A DNA stretch of 64,000 nt from an uncultured Burkholderiales bacterium (GCA_964615175.1 CAZTOV010000001.1:42439-106438); one strand, 5' to 3'. Positions 26,842 through 36,143 are shown, counted from the stretch's first letter. The notes: a model not told the origin generated them from the letters alone. Translations and numbers: made by a program.

Positions 26842-26862
26842 ATCGAGAGGAAGGCCGTACGC

Positions 26863-27021
26863 ATGAACGTCGGTGCCGGAGAACTTCTCGTCGTCCTCGC
26901 CGTGCTGCTGCTGCTCTTCGGAGCGAGCCAGCTTCCCAAACTCGCCCGCTCCCTCGGCGAGTCGGCCCGGGAGTTGCGCCAGGGCTTCGAGGACGACTCG
27001 GGCCGTGACGACACCGGCTGA
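26863..27021 (+). CDS. tatA: Twin-arginine translocase subunit TatA/E (52 aa; below ORF-track cutoff)
   Basis: Hand translation gives MNVGAGELLVVLAVLLLLFGASQLPKLARSLGESARELRQGFEDDSGRDDTG*. It has the canonical TM-FG-x(3)LP-amphipathic helix layout. GAGAGGAAGG lies ~9 nt upstream. Confidence 0.85.
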   Translation: MNVGAGELLVVLAVLLLLFGASQLPKLARSLGESARELRQGFEDDSGRDDTG

Positions 27022-27039
27022 CCCCTTGCCTTCGACGCC

Positions 27040-28857
27040 ATGACCACGGCGGTGAGGTCGCGGCCGAGCCATGAGGTCGATCGCGACCGCTTGCGGCGAC
27101 CGCCTGCTTCGAGGACCCTCGACCTGGCAGCCCGCGTCTGGTCGCGGCCCCTGTGGGCGCACGTGGCCGCGCTGGTGGTGCTCGTGGCCGTCGCGGTTCC
27201 CTTCATGCGCCTCGACGGCGCGGCGTGGGTGGAGGAGGAGGGCCGCCTGGGCCTCCAGGTCGAGGCGCTCGAGGGGGGCGACTGGTCGTACGGGTACTCG
27301 GGGGAGCCGTTCGATACCGAGGGCAGGTGGGCGCCGCTTCGGCCGGACCCCGGGGATTCCGAGCGGCTCGTTCCCTCCGCGGAGCAGCCGGCTCACGCGG
27401 TCGTGCTCACGGGGGTGGCCGCCGTCGCCGGCACGGGGATGGCGCTGTACCTGGTGCCCCTGGCCGGCCTCGTGCTCGCCGCCGTGGCGGCGTGGCTGCT
27501 GGGACGCGAGTTCGAACCCCAGGGCTCCCGACCGGCGTTCTGGCTCGTGGCCGGCGGGCCGTTGCTGGTCAACGCCTACGTGCTGTGGGCGTACACGCTG
27601 GTGGCCGCGGCGGCGGGGTTCGCGCTGCTCGCGGGGCTGCGCATCGCGCGGTTGGGCATGTCGCGGCGGCGGGCCCTCGGGCTGGCTGCTGCTCTCGGGA
27701 TCGGGGTGTTGCTTGCCCCCGAGGCCGCCTGGTTCGGGGTCGGTCTCGTCGGCGTGCTGCTCGGCGCGCTGGGGTGGCAGCGGCGGTGGGCAGATGCGTT
27801 GGCTGTCGGTGCCGGGTCGCTGGCGGGAATGGCAGCGGCGTTCGGCGGTGGCCAACTGTGGGTCGAGCGGATCACCGGCTCCTGGCCCGGCCTCGACAGC
27901 CTGTGGGCCGACGCCGGTGGTTCGGGGCTCGTCGATCGCCTCGAGAGCCGGGCCGGCGCCGCCTGGCGGTTCCTTTTCGACGGAGGCAACGTCGCCTTCG
28001 ACACGGAGCGGCTCGTGGTCGTCGCCATCGTCGCCGCGTTGGGCGGTGGCCTGTTCCTCCGGATGCGGGGCCGGGAAGGCCGGTTCCTGGGCGCCACGGT
28101 GGCGGTGGGGTCCGCGCTCGGGGTGGCCGTCATCCACGGCGCCCGGTCGGCGGACGCGCCCTTCCTGCCCGTCCTCGGGCTCCTGGCAGCGTGGCCGGTG
28201 GTGTTGTTCGGGCTGGCGGCGCTGCCGTGGCGGGAGACGTCGCTGCGAGAGCGTGTGATGGTGGCCGTTGCCGCCGCCTCGGCCGTGGTCGTGGTGGTCG
28301 CGCTGCCCGGTGGGGGGAGCGAGCGGGAGTGGGGAGGGCGCCTGCTGGCGCCCGTGGTCGTCCCGTTGGGTGTGGTGGTCGCCGTGGGGCTCGCGCGCCG
28401 GCTGCGACAACGCTCGTGGGAGCAGCAAGCCGCGGTCGTCGCCGGCCTGGTCGTCCTGGTGGCGTTCCCGGCCAGTCGTGGCCTCGCCACCGTCACCGAG
28501 TTCCGCGCCTCGTCGGCTGCGGTGTCGTCGGACATCGAGGCCGTGGCCACCGACGTCGTCGTCATCGACAACCCGAGGCTGATCCGCACGCCGGTCTTCT
28601 CGTGGCGCCTCGACGACGACGTCGACTGGTACGTGTCGTTCGGCGACGTCCCCGGGCTGCTGTCGGCGCTCTTCGAGGCGGGCGTCGACGAGGTCACCGT
28701 CCTCCCCGACCCCGAACGCGACACCCTCGATATCGCGCCGTACCCGACCGCCGAGGCGGTCACGACACCCGCCCTCGAGGCCCGGGGGATCCCGGCCTTT
28801 GTCCTCACGAACCCAGGTTCGGCTCAAGCTGCGTCCGGGGCCGCCGAGGGACGGTGA
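27040..28857 (+). CDS. Polytopic integral membrane protein (possibly GT-C/ArnT-like glycosyltransferase, weak)
   Basis: 605 aa with more than 10 hydrophobic helices and an extracytoplasmic C-terminal domain. No catalytic motif recognised. The long antisense ORF 25681-28827 is Arg/Pro/Gly-rich and judged spurious. Confidence 0.55.
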   Translation: MTTAVRSRPSHEVDRDRLRRPPASRTLDLAARVWSRPLWAHVAALVVLVAVAVPFMRLDGAAWVEEEGRLGLQVEALEGGDWSYGYSGEPFDTEGRWAPLRPDPGDSERLVPSAEQPAHAVVLTGVAAVAGTGMALYLVPLAGLVLAAVAAWLLGREFEPQGSRPAFWLVAGGPLLVNAYVLWAYTLVAAAAGFALLAGLRIARLGMSRRRALGLAAALGIGVLLAPEAAWFGVGLVGVLLGALGWQRRWADALAVGAGSLAGMAAAFGGGQLWVERITGSWPGLDSLWADAGGSGLVDRLESRAGAAWRFLFDGGNVAFDTERLVVVAIVAALGGGLFLRMRGREGRFLGATVAVGSALGVAVIHGARSADAPFLPVLGLLAAWPVVLFGLAALPWRETSLRERVMVAVAAASAVVVVVALPGGGSEREWGGRLLAPVVVPLGVVVAVGLARRLRQRSWEQQAAVVAGLVVLVAFPASRGLATVTEFRASSAAVSSDIEAVATDVVVIDNPRLIRTPVFSWRLDDDVDWYVSFGDVPGLLSALFEAGVDEVTVLPDPERDTLDIAPYPTAEAVTTPALEARGIPAFVLTNPGSAQAASGAAEGR

Positions 28858-29166
28858 GGACCGCGGCCTGCACGACTCGCACCGCGGGGATTCGTGTCAA
28901 CACATCGTGGCGTGCCGGCAGCAGACGAGCGAAGGCAAGGGAGCGCGTGTGCGGCCGTCGTCTGATCCGTGACATGTCCGCCGCCGCAGCCTCGCCTCGG
29001 CGTATATGCACGAGGAAGAGTGTGGCTCGACCTTGGTCGGTGGTCGTGAGAACACGTTGCGCGGTGGCGCGGGAAGTTCCTCGAGATCACCCGGTCGGGG
29101 GAGGACTCGTCACCCCTTCGTGCGTACGGTCCCGCGGCAATCGCTCCTGAGCAAGGAGGTCGCCAC

Positions 29167-31254
29167 ATGCCCGAGGGGCACCCCAGCCACCGTCCCCACG
29201 CTCGCGAGGGAGGAGGTGGAACTCCTCCGCCGACGGGCTGGGTGGGGAGATCGGGCCGGGAACTGATCTTCGCCGCGGCCGTCGCCACCCTGCGGGACGG
29301 CCAGTCGCAGAGCTTCTTCGACCCGTTCGTGCCGTTCGTGGCCGAGGCGCTGCGTGAGGCATCGGGAACGGCGCTGTCGGTGGAGGAGGTGCAGCGGCTC
29401 GTCGAAGAACGCTTCGGGCTGCCGATCCCGCAAGGAGCGCTCCGGTCGGTGCTCAAGCGGGCGGGGAGCCGGTTCGACCTGGTCGAGCGGCGCAACCACC
29501 GGTTCGTCCCCCGACCCGACGTGCTGGACCGGTTGAGCATGCGGCCGCTTCAGGAGAAGTTCTTCACCCACCACCGGACCGTGGTGCGCGATCTCTGTCG
29601 CTTCGCGGAGGAGCGGTACGGCATCGAGATCGACGAGGCGACGGCGGAGGACGAGCTGCTCGCGTTCGTCGGCGAGACGGCGGCGCTGCTCGCGCTGCAC
29701 GAACGGGTCGAGGCGCTCGGCGTCTCGGCGCTGAAGGGTGGAGAGCCCGTCCTCGAGTATGTGATCGCGGCGTACGTCAACCACATCCGGGAGCATGACG
29801 AGGAGGCATTTGGGTACCTCGAGACCGTGGTGCAGGGCGTGATGTGGCAGGCCTACCTCTACGTCGACGACCTGGGTTCGGTCCAGCGCAAGTTCTCGGA
29901 CTCGACAGTGTTCTTCCTCGACACCGAGGTGCTCCTGCGCGCCCGCGGGTTCGAAGGCCCCGAGCTGGAGGCCGCCACCCGCGAGCTCCTGAAGCTGTGC
30001 AAGCTCAGCAACGCCCGGGTGGCGTGCTTCGATATCACGGTCGACGAGGCCTCTCGGCTGCTCCGGGGAATCGCCGCCACCATCCACTCGGGGGCACGCC
30101 CGGAGCGCATGGCGGAGGCACCGTCGGTGATCGAACAGCACTTCCTCGAGCAGGCCGTCCCGCCGTCCCGGATCGAGGGCCACGCCGAGGCCCTCGAGGA
30201 CGACCTGCGGTCGCGAGGGATCGAGGTGGTGCCGTGCCCCTTGGAACGTGGAGGTGGCGGTGACCCGGTACGTGCACGACTCCGCCAGGCCTTCGGAAAC
30301 TACAAGCACGAGCGCGCTCGTGCCCACGACGCCGACGTGCTCGTGGCCGTCAACCGGCGTCGAGGCGGATCGCGGCCGCGGTTCTGGGAGGACTGCCCCG
30401 CGCTCTTCGTGACCACGAACCAGCGCCACGTCGAGGTCGCCGGCGACGAGTTCGAGCTTGCCGGTGACGAGGGACGGTGGCCGCTGGCGGTCCTCGACGA
30501 ACACCTGTCGATTCTCCTGTGGCTCAAGCAGCCCCTGGCCGCTCCCGATCTGCCCCGGCTGCGCATCGCCGCCGATTGCTACGGGGCGTTGCGGCCGACC
30601 CCTCGCTGGTGGGAGCAGTTCCTCGCCGCGCTGGCGCGCCTGCGCACCTCGGGTGACCTCCAGCACGACGACTACCAGCGCCTGCGATTCTCACTCGCCG
30701 CCCGCGAGACGCTCATGGACCGCACCCAGGGCGATCCGGAACGGATCACCGACGAGACCGTCGTCGAACTGCTGGAGATCGCGCGTGCGCGCCGACCCGA
30801 CCACGTGGAGGTGGAGGTGGCCATCCAGGATCTGGCCCGCGAGCAGAGCGAGCAGCTTCGGGTCAGCATGAACGAACTGCGCGACGAGATCGCCGCGGTG
30901 GTGAACGAGCTGCCCGACATCGTGCAGGACAGGGTCGAGGCCGAACTCCGGAAGCGCGAGCTGGAGACCAGGCGCCGGCGTCGGAGGCGACGGGTCCGGC
31001 GTTCGGTCTACGGCGCCTTCATGCTCCTGGCGACCGTGCTGATCGTTGCTCCCATGGCCGCGTTCTTGGTGCGGCCCGAGGCGGGGGTGCTCGTCGCGGG
31101 GACCGAGGCGGCGACCTTGAGTGTCGCCCGATCGATCTGGGGCCGGCTCTTCAGCGTGCGTCGCCTTTTCCGGCAGGTCGAACGCTGTCTCCTCCGACGC
31201 CTCGACGCCCGGGCGGTTCCAGAGCACGCTCGGGACGTATCTCCAGCTCGCTGA
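29167..31254 (+). CDS. Membrane-anchored PIN-like domain protein (695 aa)
   Basis: The central segment STVFFLDTEVLLRARGF has the PIN-type hxDT(N/E)vLl first acidic motif, followed by ITVDEASRL and AHDADVLVAVN. A coiled-coil follows, then an R8 tract and TM (VYGAFMLLATVLIVAPMAAFLV). Plus-strand composition is protein-like, unlike the overlapping minus ORF 29110-30666. Confidence 0.6.
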   Translation: MPEGHPSHRPHAREGGGGTPPPTGWVGRSGRELIFAAAVATLRDGQSQSFFDPFVPFVAEALREASGTALSVEEVQRLVEERFGLPIPQGALRSVLKRAGSRFDLVERRNHRFVPRPDVLDRLSMRPLQEKFFTHHRTVVRDLCRFAEERYGIEIDEATAEDELLAFVGETAALLALHERVEALGVSALKGGEPVLEYVIAAYVNHIREHDEEAFGYLETVVQGVMWQAYLYVDDLGSVQRKFSDSTVFFLDTEVLLRARGFEGPELEAATRELLKLCKLSNARVACFDITVDEASRLLRGIAATIHSGARPERMAEAPSVIEQHFLEQAVPPSRIEGHAEALEDDLRSRGIEVVPCPLERGGGGDPVRARLRQAFGNYKHERARAHDADVLVAVNRRRGGSRPRFWEDCPALFVTTNQRHVEVAGDEFELAGDEGRWPLAVLDEHLSILLWLKQPLAAPDLPRLRIAADCYGALRPTPRWWEQFLAALARLRTSGDLQHDDYQRLRFSLAARETLMDRTQGDPERITDETVVELLEIARARRPDHVEVEVAIQDLAREQSEQLRVSMNELRDEIAAVVNELPDIVQDRVEAELRKRELETRRRRRRRRVRRSVYGAFMLLATVLIVAPMAAFLVRPEAGVLVAGTEAATLSVARSIWGRLFSVRRLFRQVERCLLRRLDARAVPEHARDVSPAR

Positions 31255-31609
31255 AGCTGCAGCCAGCCGTCGACTCGTCGAGGAACTCCAAAGCGACGGA
31301 CGCTTCACTGACCCGAGACCGCTGTCGGAAACACCGTTCTCCAGACCATCCGGAGATGACGTGGTCCCTCGATTGGGGCATCAAGACCATCGATTTCGGC
31401 TTCGTACGGTGACCTGACTGGTGCGGGTCCCCGAGCGTTCCATCTGCACAACGTGTGTGATCGACGCCGCCGCGGCGCTCGACCGCGCTGGCTGACTTGG
31501 CCCGCCACCGGTTGGCCGGGAATCGGGAATTCCGGCATTCCGGGGTCACTGTGACGCGGGTGTCAGGCGGAAGACCTGGCACCAACCTTGGTAGGCCCTG
31601 GCAGTGTGC

Positions 31610-32203
31610 TCAGGAGCGATGCCGAAGTGTCAAGGACAGCCGTGTTCCTCCGTGGGGTTTCCCCACGCTGTGCATCGGACGGCCATCCTCCACGCCCTGA
31701 AACCCGGGCGCGCGAACGAGAACGAGGCTTCCAGGGTGGACGATCCATTCGTCAATGGCACCATTGCCATCGCGATCGCTCACGACTGAGAAACGCGCTG
31801 ATCCTTCAAGAGTGAGGATCGCCACCAATAGCTTGTAGGACGCGCTGTCACGATGAGGTGAGACGCCCAGACGCGTTCCTTCGTAGCGCTGGTAGATAGC
31901 TTCCGCGAACCGAAGGGCTTCCAGCCCGAAGGCTTCGGCGTCCGCCTGATGGACTAAGCCCTCTAGCTCCTCTGCCAACTCGTCGATGATTGCGACCGTG
32001 CCCCGCTCAAATCGCTCGGCAGAAGCCGCCTGCTGCACGAGTCCAACCTCAGGAGGGAGTTCTTCGAAGGCGCGCGGGACCGCAGCGAGTGCTTGAAGGT
32101 GAGAGGCTTCGAGAACCCCTTCGATCATCGCCGAACCGCGGCGAGCGACCATGCGCAGAGCATCACAGAGGAATCGCGGATCTAACGCAAGGTGGGGGCT
32201 CAT
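31610..32203 (-). CDS. AlkB-type 2OG-Fe(II) dioxygenase (third gene of operon)
   Basis: HxD (SPHRDS), distal His (RPMHSV) and RxSxTxR (RLSLTLR) occur in the canonical order and spacing. The start lies 7 nt after the stop of the upstream gene. Confidence 0.75.
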   Translation of the reverse strand: MSPHLALDPRFLCDALRMVARRGSAMIEGVLEASHLQALAAVPRAFEELPPEVGLVQQAASAERFERGTVAIIDELAEELEGLVHQADAEAFGLEALRFAEAIYQRYEGTRLGVSPHRDSASYKLLVAILTLEGSARFSVVSDRDGNGAIDEWIVHPGSLVLVRAPGFQGVEDGRPMHSVGKPHGGTRLSLTLRHRS

Positions 32204-32210
32204 GGCCCGG

Positions 32211-34763
32211 TCATGATTCGTCAGGGCGCGTCAGCGCAGCTTCCAGGAGCCGGAGACCGACGATCACGGGTGCCGCTTCCAAGGGGCTCCATGGCAGGGC
32301 GGACTCCGCGTCGAAGGCAGCCGGCACCTCCGCCTGACGAGCAAGGTCTACGACATGCTTCGCTTCTGGCAGCAAGACTTCCTGGCACGCAGCGATGGGC
32401 AACTTGCCCTGTGCTCCAGCAAGGAGCAACTCGGGGATGAGGAGCTTTCGATCGGCATCGGTCGCCCTCGCCAATGTCTCCCTGATGGCATTAGCCCCCT
32501 CACGCCCGTCTGCCCCCCACCAGACCTCATTCGGCTGAACCCAGCGCAATACAGCGGCGATGATCAAGGGGTCGAAGTAGGAGCGAAGGATCGCGACCAT
32601 CTCGAATGCCCGCCAGAGGGGCGTGCCTTCTTCGGCAGCGGCTTCTCTTGCGCTCTGCAGCGCCGCTCCTACGCCAGCGTAGGTAGTCAGCGCTCGGCAA
32701 CGTTGGCCGAAGATTGAGCCAGGACGAAGGGTGGGTGAATGACGGGCTGCCCAGTCGACTACCGCCGCGTCTGTATCATTCGGTGGGTCGAGCGCGATCC
32801 CCCAGAACACCGCGTACGGATCGACGGGAGATGATTGAACGGACCCCACGCGGGTACACCAATCACGCTCGCTTGGTTCGACATAGAAGCCTCGCCCGTC
32901 TCGGAAGGCGTCGGCCGCGGCGTCAAATGGGTCCTCGGCCGCCTCGCCGTGCGTCGGCCTTCCCCATGAGCCTAAGAGATTCAGCGTGTCGTGCTCCTCC
33001 TTCAACGGCGAGTGTTGAGGCAGGTGGGTCAGCCACAGCGCTTCCAGCCTTCGATTGAACGCGTTGCGGAGCACAATCCACTCCCGGCGGCGTTGAGGAC
33101 GCCCATGGATGATGATTCCGCCGACTGGGCTGCCCGTCACATCGTGAACACCGACGAGGAGTTGCTGGAGCGTACTCCCGGTCATTGCCCCCACCGTGAC
33201 CACCAATACGCGGTGAGCCTCAGCCAGAACGGCACTACCCTCATCCGGGACAAGCGTGTACGGCGGTTCCACGACCACGATCCTGTCCGGCTCCCAGGGC
33301 GTCCTTCCGAGTCCGTTCGCAAGCGCGTTCAGGAAGTCGAGAAAGCCAGGCGCGTCTCCGTCAGCGGCGGTTGTTACCACCACGTCGCAATGGGCAGGGT
33401 CCCAGGACTTTGGTGGCTTGGCTAAGTCAGGTTCCTGTCTCGCTCGGAGACGGGCGGTCTTCGCGGCCTCCGTCACCTCGTTAAGGAACTCGCCACGCGC
33501 CGCGCTGTCGCGGTCTTCGTCGAACAGCGTGTGGGGGAAGCACCGGATCTCCAACGGCTCATCGTCTCGCCTGAGATTGATGGTTTCGTCCGGCGGGAGA
33601 CAACGCAGCCCCACTGCATCAGCGGTGTCATATTGCTCCCAGAGGTTCTTTGCCTCCTCGGCGCTGTTGAGGTCCGGCATCAGAAGCTTGGGCTGCGGAA
33701 GGACGGTGGCCTCGAAGCTCGAGGGATCGATCGAAACAAGCCGCGCCGACGTTGCCCTCGCGCAGAGTTCACAGCGATCGGAATCGAACACATGGACTGC
33801 CTCCCGCCCCAGACCAAGCCAAGGTTCGGGTGGGGTCACTAACTCCTCGTCTTCTGCATAGAGAAGCTCGGCCGCGGTGTTTGCACGTCGGTCGACGACC
33901 ACTTCCAACCGTGACTCTTGCATCTCTCGTTCAAGGGCATGCTGAATGTGGGAAGCGGTTTGTCCACTGGAACTCACCGACAGCAGACCCAAGAGACGAG
34001 CTGATGCCCGCAGCGATGCGACCGCTCGATCGACCTCGAGTTCGCTGATCGGGTACTCGCTCAGACTGACAACCGGTCCTGGTCGTTCCCCGGCGGCGCG
34101 CAATGCTCCGTGGAGAGCGAGCACGATAGGCACGAGCGTGGCACTGTCAATGATCACACCCAGATCTTCTACAGCCCAGTGATGAAGCCAGGTTGCTAAG
34201 GCAACCGCGTCGCGGGGGGTGCGGACAGCGTCGGCCACGCGGATGAAGACCGACGTGTGCTCTCCCGAGGGAAGCCGGTAGTGGTACTTGCGAGGACGCC
34301 AGATCCCGTGACCGACCTCCAGCAAGACCTCGAGCTCGACAGCCCGGGCACGCGCAAGGAGTTCTGCGTCCGGAACTCTGGGTGGCGCTGACCAGGTGAG
34401 TCGAGGTCGCTCACCGATCGGAAATGTGACCAGCCCCGTCGGGAGTCGGCGACCGGCCACCCTTGCGAGGTCATCAGCAAGCTCGGCCGCACGATCCTGA
34501 TCGTCTCCATGGTCTGTGTCTGCGCTGGAGACCTGGGTCGTTCCCGGCCACCGTACCAAGAGGTGCTCCGCCTGCGTCAGGATGGCGGGGGGTACTGTGC
34601 GGAGTTGCTTGAGGACCGCCTCGACCAGGCGCTGGTGAACGCGGTCGTCGGCAGAGGGTTCGAGATCGACGTCGACGAACACGAGGGCATCACGTCGCTC
34701 GGGAACCTCCGGGGCAAAGACGAGGCGCCCCGGACGAACGCGTACGTAGCCGTCCTGACTCAC
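32211..34763 (-). CDS. 850-aa protein with two degenerate type-I phosphoribosyltransferase-like domains and helical C-terminal domain
   Basis: Domain 1: HYRLPSGEHTSVFIRV..DLGVIIDSATLVPIVLAL..LLGLLSVSSSGQTA. Domain 2: CDVVVTTAADGDAPGFLDFLNALA..HRVLVVTVGAMTGSTL. In both PRPP-loop equivalents the acidic DD pair is replaced (SV and TV). A CELC motif sits between the domains. Confidence 0.6.
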   Translation of the reverse strand: MSQDGYVRVRPGRLVFAPEVPERRDALVFVDVDLEPSADDRVHQRLVEAVLKQLRTVPPAILTQAEHLLVRWPGTTQVSSADTDHGDDQDRAAELADDLARVAGRRLPTGLVTFPIGERPRLTWSAPPRVPDAELLARARAVELEVLLEVGHGIWRPRKYHYRLPSGEHTSVFIRVADAVRTPRDAVALATWLHHWAVEDLGVIIDSATLVPIVLALHGALRAAGERPGPVVSLSEYPISELEVDRAVASLRASARLLGLLSVSSSGQTASHIQHALEREMQESRLEVVVDRRANTAAELLYAEDEELVTPPEPWLGLGREAVHVFDSDRCELCARATSARLVSIDPSSFEATVLPQPKLLMPDLNSAEEAKNLWEQYDTADAVGLRCLPPDETINLRRDDEPLEIRCFPHTLFDEDRDSAARGEFLNEVTEAAKTARLRARQEPDLAKPPKSWDPAHCDVVVTTAADGDAPGFLDFLNALANGLGRTPWEPDRIVVVEPPYTLVPDEGSAVLAEAHRVLVVTVGAMTGSTLQQLLVGVHDVTGSPVGGIIIHGRPQRRREWIVLRNAFNRRLEALWLTHLPQHSPLKEEHDTLNLLGSWGRPTHGEAAEDPFDAAADAFRDGRGFYVEPSERDWCTRVGSVQSSPVDPYAVFWGIALDPPNDTDAAVVDWAARHSPTLRPGSIFGQRCRALTTYAGVGAALQSAREAAAEEGTPLWRAFEMVAILRSYFDPLIIAAVLRWVQPNEVWWGADGREGANAIRETLARATDADRKLLIPELLLAGAQGKLPIAACQEVLLPEAKHVVDLARQAEVPAAFDAESALPWSPLEAAPVIVGLRLLEAALTRPDES

Positions 34764-34784
34764 GGGTCCTCAACTCGGCACGTG

Positions 34785-36143
34785 TCAGCGTCTGCGGTCT
34801 GGCGCCGTCACCGCACCGGCATCGGGCCGTAGGGATTCCCCCCTGCTTGGATGTGGCATGGGCACGTTCACCATGACCACAGTGCCCTGAACCGGAATCT
34901 GAGGGTATTCCTCAACGATGATCGTGCCGTCTGTATGAGCGCGGGCAAGCACACACCCGGTCCTGTCATCGGTGCTGGTAACGATGGCGAGCTGTGACCC
35001 ATCACTGGGCTCGTCATCCTCTACCCGATCATCGACTGCCAAACCGAGGAGATCGACGAAGCTCGTTCGCACCCAGGGTAGGCCTGGATCGGCCACCGTA
35101 GCCTCGGCACGGTCCTGTGCTGATCGTCGAGCCGCGAGTCCCAACTCGATCGCATATTGCACGATGGCCCTCGCCGGTTCGTCTATGAGACTTCGCTCGC
35201 GGTCATCGTCCAAGTCAAGTTTTGGGCGGAACGTTCGTGGAATCCCATGGCCATTATCATGCACGAGGAGGTGGAGTCGAGGGTGGCTGGACCCTCGTTC
35301 TCCCTCGGGGCCTCCGCCATCGGTGCGAGCAAGGAACAGCAGCGAGGCTCGCGTTCGCTGATCGAGGGGTGGGGCTCCCTGGGGGCACGTGAAGGCGTGC
35401 CGCTTGACGTTGGTGAGGACCTCGGTGAGCACGGTATTGGTCACGATGTCGCCCCATGCTTGTCGGGCCCCTTCTCTTCGGGGGTCATCAGATCTCGGGG
35501 TTACGAGGGTTACCCACCCGCGCTGACCGTGTGCGGCGTCGGCGAGGATCTTGTCGAGCGACTGGCGATGAAAATCGACAACGAGCCGGGTCGCGTTCTT
35601 GACGTTGGCGGCCTTCCGGATCAGACCCGACTCCCGCGCAGCACTGCGACCACCTGGCGTGTCCTTCGCGTCCGCAACCCGAGGTTCGTCGTCGAACAGC
35701 CTCCCGTCAATCCCAGAGCCGAGGGGGTTCCAAGGCACGCGCCAGAGGTCAAGCCAGCGAAAGAGTGCTGATGAATCAGCAGCCCCGGCGATGCGGTCCG
35801 CTCCGACGCTTTGGCTCCGATGGGTCAAGGCAAAGGGGAGCCCCGACCTGATGAATGCCAGCCGAGGCTGGTCGCTCTCCGAGGTCGGCAGCGTCACTCG
35901 GAGCGGCAGGTGACCAAATCGCGAGAGAACGAGGTTTGCCAGACACGCCAACCACACTCGGTCGAGCCTCTCCGGCGCCTTGGCCCGGTTACCCGAACCC
36001 TCACCGAGGGGCCGGAAGTCAAGGTGGACCGACTTGTCAGATCGCTCAGCGCCGACGAAGGCCTCCACCACGGGGATGAAGCCCTCGGCGGCGGCAACCG
36101 TGTCTCGGGACACGGCAATCTCGACGAATGATTCCTTGCTCAA
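34785..36143 (-). CDS. GHKL/HATPase_c (RsbW/SpoIIAB-like) ATPase-domain protein with unassigned N-terminal domain (first gene of operon)
   Basis: N-box VLTEVLTNVKRHA and G1 box LLVHDNGHGIP lie in the C-terminal half. The first ~200 aa have no recognisable motif. The gap to the next gene is 21 nt. Confidence 0.65.
   Translation of the reverse strand: MSKESFVEIAVSRDTVAAAEGFIPVVEAFVGAERSDKSVHLDFRPLGEGSGNRAKAPERLDRVWLACLANLVLSRFGHLPLRVTLPTSESDQPRLAFIRSGLPFALTHRSQSVGADRIAGAADSSALFRWLDLWRVPWNPLGSGIDGRLFDDEPRVADAKDTPGGRSAARESGLIRKAANVKNATRLVVDFHRQSLDKILADAAHGQRGWVTLVTPRSDDPRREGARQAWGDIVTNTVLTEVLTNVKRHAFTCPQGAPPLDQRTRASLLFLARTDGGGPEGERGSSHPRLHLLVHDNGHGIPRTFRPKLDLDDDRERSLIDEPARAIVQYAIELGLAARRSAQDRAEATVADPGLPWVRTSFVDLLGLAVDDRVEDDEPSDGSQLAIVTSTDDRTGCVLARAHTDGTIIVEEYPQIPVQGTVVMVNVPMPHPSRGESLRPDAGAVTAPDRRR

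Noticed and set aside
29110-30666. A minus-strand 518-aa ORF competing with the plus-strand 695-aa ORF.
   Set aside because: The minus-frame product is Arg/Gly/Pro/His-rich without motifs. The plus-strand product has balanced composition, PIN-like motifs, a coiled-coil and a TM anchor.
28858-31609. Island boundaries: a search for a tRNA gene, an integrase or flanking direct repeats delimiting the 29-45 kb accessory region.
   Set aside because: None was found by eye. The island call therefore rests only on gene content and an impression of lower G+C, which I could not compute.
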